Origin: an uncultured delta proteobacterium
Lineage (GTDB): Bacteria; Desulfobacterota; RBG-13-43-22
NCBI GenBank assembly: GCA_963790475.1
Contig: CAWBOS010000001.1
Coordinates: 32,001 to 96,000, forward strand
Direction of reading: 5' to 3'
DNA length: 64,000 nt
Below the pieces are notes generated by a model. That model saw nothing but the letters and a program-made list of their open reading frames with translations. It was not told the DNA's origin and did no database searches. Positions 56,671-64,000 of the stretch are shown here, piece by piece. Position numbers and translations under genes: made by a program. Each line of letters begins with the position of its first letter. Positions within the stretch are counted from its first letter, which is position 1.

Positions 56671-56999
56671 GGATTACACCTGTGGAACTTCGATTTAGGG
56701 GCTCTGCTACTCTTCTCTTGATGTCCGGCTGGATAATCTTCTTTTACATAATCCCCCCTTGAGGGTCGCTCCCTTATGGAGGCCTTCAATCTCAAGGAAA
56801 AACAAGCCCCGGTATGGCAGGAAAAAGAATTTTTAAGATGGTTTTGGGGCGGAGGATAGAGCCTCTAAATTGAATTGAAGATTTTTTTATGGTAACATGG
56901 TTATTACTGCGGCAATAAAATATCTAAAATTGTAATTGTAAAAATAAGGGGAATCCATCAAAGATAACCCGGGAAAAAAATCACGGAAAGCCAATTTTT

Positions 57000-57062
57000 G
57001 TCATTCCGACAAAAGCCGGAATCCATTCCGCCTTTGGCGGGACCGGTTTTCACCGGGGTGAC
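57000..57062. repeat. REP-like palindromic element (GTCATTCC...GGAATCC type)
   Basis: Related copies at 59825-59930 and 61827-61853. Confidence 0.65.
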
Positions 57063-57251
57063 TTTATATTACGAGATTATCAGAAATTACGTTATCCCGA
57101 GATTAAACTTCTTAGAATTTCGATCCGAACTTATTTAGAACTTTATTTGCCGGTTTAATAATAGCGTCCGAGGCAGCAAGGAATCCGGAATTTTGTGTAC
57201 ATTTAAGACCCCTGGGACAGGGGAGTTGACATTCAATGACGGGAGGTAGAA

Positions 57252-58433
57252 ATGGATTTCAGATTTACCGAAGAGGAAGAGGCCTTCAGAAGAGAGGTTC
57301 GCGAGTGGATCAAACAGGAGGTCCCCCAGCGCTGGTACGACCTCGGGCCGGGCATCTGGGAGGAAACCGAAGAATCCTGGGCGATTTCGAGGGTATTTCA
57401 GAAGAAGCTGGGGCAGAGGGGCTGGCTGGCGCCGGGGTATCCGAAACAGTATGGCGGTGCCGAGATGGCCATCGGAAAGCAGCTTGTCCTGAGCGAGGAA
57501 CTGGCCCGGGCCGATGCGCCGATAGGCGTAGAGACGGCCATCGCAGTAGGATGGGTCGGCCCGACCATCATGCTTTTTGGCAATGATGAACAGAAAGAGA
57601 AGTACGTCAAGGGGGTGGCGACCGGCGATCTCGTCTTCTGCCTCGGATACAGCGAGCCCAATGCCGGATCGGATCTGGCTGCCTTGCAGACAACGGCCAT
57701 TGGAGATGGAGACGATTACCTCGTTAACGGGCAAAAGATCTGGACGAGCTATGCTCATTATTCCGATTACTGCTGGCTGGCCGCCCGGACGGATCCGAAT
57801 GCCGCGCGCAGGTATGATGGCGTCAGCATGTTCGTCGTCGATATGAAATCTCCGGGCATCACGGTCAACCCCATCATCAACTTGCTGGAAAGGCATTCCT
57901 TCAACGAGGTCTTCTTTGATAACGTTCGCGTTCCCGGAAAGAATCTGGTGGGGGAGAAGAACAAGGGGTGGTACGAGTTGATGATCGCCCTGGACCATGA
58001 ACGTTCACCCAGTGGAGGGGCCGCGGGTTTTGCAAAAACTTTAGAAGTGTTTATCGATGTCGCCAAGAAACGGAACATCAACAAAGACTCCCATATACGC
58101 CAGAAGATTGCCCAGATCGCTGTGGAGATGGAAGTGGCCAGAGTGCTCGCCTACCGGGTCGCCTGGATGTATGGCAAGGGTCTCCATCCCAGTTACGAAG
58201 CTTCCATATCCATTATGAAAACGAGTGAAGTATTGCGAAATCAGGCCGAGGTGGGGATGGCCGTCCTCGGTCCTTATGCGCAACTGCAACGGGAGTCCAA
58301 GTGGACCGTGGAGTTGGGGAAGATCGAAAGGCTGCTGCTGAGTTGCCTGTCCATCGGCATCGGGGGCGGGACGAACGAAATCCAGCGCAATATCATCGCC
58401 CAGCGGGCACTGGGTCTGCCCCGCGGGAAGTAA
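57252..58433 (+). CDS. Acyl-CoA dehydrogenase, catalytic alpha-type subunit (FadE26-like)
   Basis: CLGYSEPNAGSDLA, NGQKIWTS, FNEVFFDNV, LDHER, GGGTNEIQRNII. Confidence 0.92.
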   Translation: MDFRFTEEEEAFRREVREWIKQEVPQRWYDLGPGIWEETEESWAISRVFQKKLGQRGWLAPGYPKQYGGAEMAIGKQLVLSEELARADAPIGVETAIAVGWVGPTIMLFGNDEQKEKYVKGVATGDLVFCLGYSEPNAGSDLAALQTTAIGDGDDYLVNGQKIWTSYAHYSDYCWLAARTDPNAARRYDGVSMFVVDMKSPGITVNPIINLLERHSFNEVFFDNVRVPGKNLVGEKNKGWYELMIALDHERSPSGGAAGFAKTLEVFIDVAKKRNINKDSHIRQKIAQIAVEMEVARVLAYRVAWMYGKGLHPSYEASISIMKTSEVLRNQAEVGMAVLGPYAQLQRESKWTVELGKIERLLLSCLSIGIGGGTNEIQRNIIAQRALGLPRGK

Positions 58434-58476
58434 ATATAACGAATGATAGCCGTCATCATTACTTAAGGAGGAAGAG

Positions 58477-59610
58477 ATGGATCTGGGATTTACTGAGGAA
58501 CAGGAAATATTGAAAAAGTCGGCCCATAATTTCCTTGCCAGGGAATGCCCGAAGAAACTGGTGAAGGAACTGGATGAGGGTGAGACGGGTCTCTCCCTCG
58601 AACTGTGGAAGAAAATGGCGGATCTGGGATGGATGGGCTCCATCCTGCCCGAGGAATACGGCGGCAGCGGCGGTAATTATCTCGATTTGATTGTACTACT
58701 GGAGGAGATGGGGTACAACCTCCTGCCGGGTCCTTTTTTCTCGACCATGGTCCTGGGGGCCCTGCCGATTCTTAGCGCCGGCACGGAAAAGCAGAAGGAG
58801 CTCTATCTGCCCGCCATCGCCGGCGGCGAAAAGATCTTTACCATGGCCCTTACCGAGGTCAGCGGCAAATACGACGCCGCCTCGGTCGCGGTCAAGGCCA
58901 CACCCGCCGGGGATGGGTACGTCATCAACGGCCTGAAGCTTTTCGTCCCCGACGCCCACTTGGCGGACTATATCCTCTGCGTCGCCCGCACGAAAGAGGG
59001 TGCCGATCCTGAGGACGGGATCACACTATTCATCGTCGATGGCCAGGCACCGGGGATCAAAACGACCTTGCTCAAGACCCTGGCCCGGGACAAACAGACG
59101 GAAGTCGTCTTCGAACAGGTGAAAGTGGGCAAGGACAACATCCTGGGCGGGCTGGATTGCGGCTGGCCCGTTGTCAAGGAGGCTCTGGAAAAGGCGGCCG
59201 TGGCCAAGGCGGCCGAGCTTGTGGGCCATTCCCAGGCGGCGCTGGAGATGGCGGTCAACTATGCCAAGGAACGGGTCCAGTTCGGGCGACCCATCGGAAG
59301 CTTCCAGGCGATCCAGCATTACTGCGCCAACATGCTTTCCGATGTGGACAGTGCGCGTTTCATCACCTATGAGGCCGCCTGGATGATCAGCGAGGGTCTC
59401 GAGGCGACCAAACAGGCCGCCATGGCCAAGGCCTGGGTCGGGGACGCCACCCGGCGGGTGACGCTTCTGGCCCATCAGATCTTCGGCGCCATAGGCTTCA
59501 CCATGGAGTTCGATATCCACCTCTATTATCGTCGAGCCCTGGCGGGATCTCAGGCCTTCGGCGACAGCGATTACCAGCGCGAAATCGTGGCCACAGCCGT
59601 CGGCCTTTGA
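58477..59610 (+). CDS. Acyl-CoA dehydrogenase, beta-type partner subunit (FadE27-like)
   Basis: GLKLFVPDA, YAKERVQFGRPIGSFQAIQH, HQIFGAIGFT, YYRRA...FGD. Confidence 0.92.
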   Translation: MDLGFTEEQEILKKSAHNFLARECPKKLVKELDEGETGLSLELWKKMADLGWMGSILPEEYGGSGGNYLDLIVLLEEMGYNLLPGPFFSTMVLGALPILSAGTEKQKELYLPAIAGGEKIFTMALTEVSGKYDAASVAVKATPAGDGYVINGLKLFVPDAHLADYILCVARTKEGADPEDGITLFIVDGQAPGIKTTLLKTLARDKQTEVVFEQVKVGKDNILGGLDCGWPVVKEALEKAAVAKAAELVGHSQAALEMAVNYAKERVQFGRPIGSFQAIQHYCANMLSDVDSARFITYEAAWMISEGLEATKQAAMAKAWVGDATRRVTLLAHQIFGAIGFTMEFDIHLYYRRALAGSQAFGDSDYQREIVATAVGL

Positions 59611-59682
59611 TAAAGCCGCCGTCCGGGAGCCACATACTCCGGTGCAGCGGGTTGTTTAGTTCAATCAATAATAATTTCTTTA

Positions 59683-59733
59683 GGTAAACCCCCGGCTCTG
59701 CCGTGGGACTCTCAGAGTTTGACAATTTCGGGG
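59683..59733. mobile_element. Isolated IS200/IS605-like end hairpin
   Basis: GGTAAACCCCCGGCTCTGCCGTGGGACTC...AGTTTGACA; resemblance from memory; no tnpA/tnpB nearby. Confidence 0.5.
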
Positions 59734-59824
59734 AGCAGGGATTGGACAATATTCAATAAAAGGTATCAATAAATTTTCCAATACCTGGGCAGAGATACTT
59801 ATCGAAGATGAGTCAACCTCTGGA

Positions 59825-59930
59825 CCGTCATTCCGGTCCCGCATCAAATGCGGGATAGACTCCAGCCGGAATCCAGGAGCTTTTCCGGGCTTAAGAATAA
59901 CCTGGACCCCGGCTTTCGCCGGGGAGACGG
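59825..59930. repeat. REP-like palindromic element
   Basis: CCGTCATTCCGG...CCGGAATCCAG...CTGGACCCCGGCTTTCGCCGGGGAGACGG nested hairpins. Confidence 0.75.
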
Positions 59931-60118
59931 CTTTAAGGGGTTTGGGCTTTTGTTTTTGAGCCCCTTTGAGGGGCTAATATTTTCAAGCCTCCAGCTCTGC
60001 CGGAGGTACGGTGACTATTAAGTTGTGTTTAAACCCGCTCAAAAAAAAAGCTCTTGTCAATTTTTTTATAATCTTCCCATCAATAATCAAGTTCCGGCAA
60101 TAAAAAGGAGGAAGGAAA

Positions 60119-61789
60119 ATGGAACCTTCTGAGGCAATGAACATGATGCGGAGGTTTTGTGTGGGGGACCTGGTCAGGCGTCGGGTGCGGAAAGCACCGA
60201 AGGATGAAGCCATCGTGATGAATTATAAAGGCTCCATCACCAGACGGTTGACTTATGAGGAATTGAACAGGGAAGCGAACCGATTTGCCAACGCCATCAT
60301 GGGCCTCGGGGTGAAGAAGGGGGACCGGGTGGCGATTCTATCGCACAATTGTGCCCAGTACGTTGTCTACATGGTTGCCCTCTCCAAGATGGGGGCCTGG
60401 ATCACTCCACTGAACTTTGCCCTCAAAGGCAGAGAGATTGTTCCTTTGCTGAATCATAGTGAACCGGTGATGCTCATCGTGGAGGACGATCTCTTGGACA
60501 CCGTGCAGGAGGTGGAGGATGAGTGCGCCTTCATTGGTCATCGCGTCATGATTAAACTGGGCGGGGAAAAGGCCCAGCCCCCGGGCTGGCTCGATTTTGA
60601 TGAGCTTTGCTCCCCCGGGTACCCCGATGACGAACCCCGTGTTGAGATCAACGGCAATGACATTCTTACCCTCATGTATACAAGCGGCACTGAAGCCATG
60701 CCCAAGGGGGTCCTGAACAGCCATGCCAACTGGTACTCGACCATCATGAGCACGGCCATGGATACGGCCAGGTCCATCAGAGATTCGGCCGTCGCGGGAC
60801 AGCGTCCGGCAAGCAAAACGGTCGGTCTGGGAGCAGCCCCCCTTTTCCACGTGGCCGGTCAGGGATTGATCTTCTCTGCCTTGGCCGGCGGTGGGAAGTA
60901 TATTCTCCTGTATACACCGGATCCCCAGGTGATCATGCGGTTGTTTGAGGCCGGGGAAGTCACGAGCGGCGCCGTTGCTCCAACCGTCGTCGTCAATCTG
61001 CTCAACCTGCCCGGCGGTGAGGACCTCATTCGGCGGCTGTGGGGGAAGTTGGAATCGGCCCTCCTTTACGGAAGCCCTGCCTCGGAGGCCCTCCTGAGAA
61101 AGATAATGGATATCCTGCCGAATTGCCGGTTTTCCAACTACTACGGCCAATCGGAGCTCACACCGCTCGGATGTATGATTTTCCACGATGACCTGCTGAG
61201 GAAGACCACGGAGGCTAACGAGAGGTTTGAAGGGGCGGAGCCGATCGGGCAGCCTCATGCCATGGTTGAGATGAAGATCTTCGACGAGCATGACAACGAG
61301 GTCCCCGCGGGGATCGTGGGAGAAATCGTGGCCCGGAGCCCATCGGTCATGATGGGGTATTACAAGGATCCGGAGAGAACGGCAGAAGTCTTTCGAGGCG
61401 GATGGCTGCACACAGGAGACCTGGGCCGGATGGATGAGGAGCACTTCTTCTATTTTGTGGACCGGAAGAAGGATATCATAAAGACAGGTGCGGAGAACGT
61501 ATCCTCCGTTGAAGTGGAGCAGTGGGTGGCGAAACATCCGCAGGTGGCCGAATGCACGGCGGTGGGCCTTCGCCATGAGAGGTGGGGCGAGGCGGTTACG
61601 GTCTTCGTCGTGCCAAGTCCGGGCGCCGTAATCGAGGAAGAGGAGATTATCGCCTACTGCCGGGAGGGGCTCGCCGGCTACAAGGTGCCGAAGCGGGTGA
61701 TCATGCTGGCGGAGATCCCGAAAAATCCAAGCGGTAAGATCTTAAAGAAGGATCTGCGGACACAATACCGTAACCTCTACCTCGAATGA
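60119..61789 (+). CDS. Acyl-CoA synthetase (AMP-binding)
   Basis: YTSGTEAMPKG, YGQSE, HTGDLG, DRKKDIIKTG, NPSGKILK. Confidence 0.95.
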   Translation: MEPSEAMNMMRRFCVGDLVRRRVRKAPKDEAIVMNYKGSITRRLTYEELNREANRFANAIMGLGVKKGDRVAILSHNCAQYVVYMVALSKMGAWITPLNFALKGREIVPLLNHSEPVMLIVEDDLLDTVQEVEDECAFIGHRVMIKLGGEKAQPPGWLDFDELCSPGYPDDEPRVEINGNDILTLMYTSGTEAMPKGVLNSHANWYSTIMSTAMDTARSIRDSAVAGQRPASKTVGLGAAPLFHVAGQGLIFSALAGGGKYILLYTPDPQVIMRLFEAGEVTSGAVAPTVVVNLLNLPGGEDLIRRLWGKLESALLYGSPASEALLRKIMDILPNCRFSNYYGQSELTPLGCMIFHDDLLRKTTEANERFEGAEPIGQPHAMVEMKIFDEHDNEVPAGIVGEIVARSPSVMMGYYKDPERTAEVFRGGWLHTGDLGRMDEEHFFYFVDRKKDIIKTGAENVSSVEVEQWVAKHPQVAECTAVGLRHERWGEAVTVFVVPSPGAVIEEEEIIAYCREGLAGYKVPKRVIMLAEIPKNPSGKILKKDLRTQYRNLYLE

Positions 61790-62030
61790 TCCCGCTGAGG
61801 GAAGAAGGATGGTTTTGAAAAAAGTTCGTCATTCCCGCGCAGGGGGAATCAAGAAGCAGCGAACGGAATATTATTCGGACCCAAAGAGACAAAAGAAGAA
61901 AACAATAAATGAATCTGACCAAATCGACACCTGAAGACCAGATAGACTAAACAGACCGGAAAGGTTGAAAGATAAAATCAGAAGTGAATGAATTGGATAA
62001 CGTCTCCCTTTTCAGGGAGCTAACATCTTT

Positions 62031-62801
62031 TCACTGACATCTTCTTCTGTTCTTTATGGTTGGCCGTTTTGATGTGAGACGATGGCGGAGGAGGACATAG
62101 GTTGCTCCGGCGCCGCCGTCGTAGGACTGGGCGCTGGTGAAGGTGATCACCCATTTTCGCCAATGACTGCGCGTTAGCCACTCACTTACCTTGTTTTTCA
62201 AAACCGGTTCACCGGGTGAAGAGATACCGCGTCCATGGATGATCAGAACAGCCCGTTTCCCCAACCTGATTGCTTCATTGAGGAAGTTTTCGAAGGAATC
62301 TTTGACCTGCGCCGCACCCAGACCATGAAGATCGAGGTGAGCTTGTATGGAAAAATCACCCCGGTGCAATCTCTCAGCAAACTCGGGGGGGATATCGCGG
62401 CCTGTTCCTTCCATGTATTCGGGCGTCTTGGAGATAATAAATCCCTTACCATATTTTACCAGGTTATCCAGGTGCTGCATGACCTCCTGTTCCGGTTCAT
62501 GGACGAGATGGTCCGGCGGGTTGGCCAAATGGTTTTTCTCTGCATGATGTTTATCCTTTACTATCGGCCTGACGCCTTCCATGGCCTCCCGAAAGATGCT
62601 TTCTTCGTTAACCGATTGGGGGGCTTCAGCAGGCTCCGGAACCGGTTTTTTTATGGGCAGCGGATGCAGAACCCCCTTATCTTTAAGAAGTTTTCCCAAG
62701 GCCCCGAAGGGGTTATATTTTAGGGGGCTACCGGAATCATTCATCGGACTGTCAGGTTTACCCGGATGCTGCAAAAGCCGAGGAGGCTGCAGATCCGCCA
62801 A
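62031..62801 (-). CDS. Smr/MutS2-domain protein (true start possibly ATG 62744)
   Basis: LDLHG, IIHGRG, PVLK, GGAGATYVLL. Confidence 0.9.
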   Translation of the reverse strand: MADLQPPRLLQHPGKPDSPMNDSGSPLKYNPFGALGKLLKDKGVLHPLPIKKPVPEPAEAPQSVNEESIFREAMEGVRPIVKDKHHAEKNHLANPPDHLVHEPEQEVMQHLDNLVKYGKGFIISKTPEYMEGTGRDIPPEFAERLHRGDFSIQAHLDLHGLGAAQVKDSFENFLNEAIRLGKRAVLIIHGRGISSPGEPVLKNKVSEWLTRSHWRKWVITFTSAQSYDGGAGATYVLLRHRLTSKRPTIKNRRRCQ

Positions 62802-62979
62802 TATGGACCTGACCCCAAGGCAGACGGAAAAGGTTAGAATCCCATGGCGGTTCCCTTCATCATGACGACAAAATCAAAGGAAGTACCTATTTAGAGGGTG
62901 ATCTATACTCATTCCCTTAAAGCCAGTCTAAGGCCGGGAATGCCCTCGTCTTACTCCTGTCCTGCAATTCTATTAATAA

Positions 62980-63393
62980 CTATCTGGTCAATACAAAAGT
63001 TCCAGAATCTCCATTACTTGCGGTGTAAGTGCCCGAGATCCTGTTATTATCATAGGTCCCACTAAAGGTCGAAGATTCTCCTTGGCCAGAGATGACGCCG
63101 AAATTAAGAGTTCCGGGTCCTCCGCTGTTAGATATAGTTCCAGAGATATTACCCGTTATATTTCCCAGCTCGGTGTTTGTTATCGTAGCTGAGCCGGATA
63201 TTTGATTTCCTGATAGTTGTAAATTGGCGTTAATGGCTCCTCCTTCACCAGCAGACTTTGTACTTGTCCATTGGCCTGACCAAGTTCCGCTAACAGTAAA
63301 TGATCCCGAGCTGCCCCCACTACCACTTCCACCGCTACAAGAGAGGGAAAACAACAGGAATACCAAAGGCAATAGGAAAATCAATTTTTTCAT
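62980..63393 (-). CDS. Ser/Gly-rich lipoprotein
   Basis: MKKLIF...LSLSC lipobox, GGAGG RBS, beta-rich repeats (SGTWSG, ISGT). Confidence 0.8.
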   Translation of the reverse strand: MKKLIFLLPLVFLLFSLSCSGGSGSGGSSGSFTVSGTWSGQWTSTKSAGEGGAINANLQLSGNQISGSATITNTELGNITGNISGTISNSGGPGTLNFGVISGQGESSTFSGTYDNNRISGTYTASNGDSGTFVLTR

Positions 63394-63430
63394 GACGGAC
63401 CTCCTCAGCTTTCGCAGGTTGGTTATGAAT

Positions 63431-63462
63431 AAAAACCCCCACCTCTCAATGAGAAATGGGGT
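63431..63462 (-). terminator. Terminator-like hairpin in the lipoprotein 5' leader
   Basis: ACCCCATTTCTC-ATT-GAGAGGTGGGGG followed by TTTTT. Confidence 0.5.
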
Positions 63463-63540
63463 ATACTTTTTCTATCAATGGAACTCCTTGGTAAAAGGGT
63501 TACCAACAAGAAACTTCATTAAATTATCAATCATTTATTT

Positions 63541-64000
63541 GAACCTTTTGCAAAACTTATAAAAACTGCATGATGAAATATATCAGCAGGCGGTTATCCC
63601 AGTCGATTTAGGAATTTTGGGTCTTTCTTAACGACGATAGTCAGATTTGAGACTTTGGTAACAATTTTCAGGCATAGTTCTCCTCCTGACCTGAACTTTT
63701 CACCCCGTTCTTTGAAAATTTACTCAGGAAGCCAACTTTATCAACTGATCCGCAAAGAGCGCCAGGACGCCAAACATGAGATGGAGATTGACTTTCAAGG
63801 CTCCTCGGACCATGACATTCTTGGCACCGAACTCTTCTTTTAACCGGCTATTGAACCGTTCTGATGCTGTCCTTCCATTAAATCTTCTGGCCTCGTGGGG
63901 AGCCATAGGGATCACATCCTTACCGCGGAAGTTCTTGTCGATAATGGGCACATGTCCCAGAGCTCTGCTGATTGCATAGATAGATCCAGCGTCATAAGCG
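63541..64000 (-). mobile_element. Right part of an insertion sequence with a DDE transposase C-terminus (IS1182/IS5-like; CDS ends at 63724)
   Basis: AYDAGSI...GHVPIID...ERFNSRLKEEFG...VRGALKV..HLMFG; candidate terminal IR TTTTGCAAAAGGTTC at about 63541-63556. Confidence 0.8.

Noticed and set aside
59614-59660. attC-like end (CGGTGCAGCGGGTTGTTTAG) suggesting an integron array
   Set aside because: Single partial match, no periodic attC sites and no integrase.
60338-61576. Long antisense ORFs (412 aa here; also 9243-10235, 15433-16356, 51245-52012, 57135-57998)
   Set aside because: They shadow well-supported genes on the opposite strand and carry no recognisable motifs.

Overview
A 64 kb bacterial chromosomal window, mostly about 50-55% GC by eye. 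Gene content suggests an anaerobic Desulfobacterota/deltaproteobacterial lineage (inference, not a database result). It is a mosaic of mostly unlinked one- and two-gene units dominated by acyl-CoA catabolism: family III CoA-transferases, acyl-CoA ligases, four-way ACAD/SDR/crotonase/3-hydroxyacyl-CoA dehydrogenase functions, an NDP-forming acyl-CoA synthetase and a divergent butyrate kinase. It also carries serA, galT, a sirtuin/HDAC pair, an SthK-like cyclic-nucleotide-gated channel, an adenylate cyclase and an orphan glycyl radical enzyme with an atypical KVGGY loop. I saw no rRNA, tRNA or CRISPR array. The most striking structure lies between the genes. (1) About 15 'ghost' genes are present; several keep their RBS/start and their C-terminus/stop but have lost the middle. 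(2) Two families of near-identical sigma70-like promoter modules are reused in front of unrelated genes. (3) A 42-bp direct repeat containing an RBS and ATG brackets the ion-channel gene. (4) There are many MITEs/REP-like elements, heptamer/nonamer repeat hairpins, a probable group II intron fragment and an IS at the right edge. All family calls come from motif recognition by eye and need HMM confirmation.
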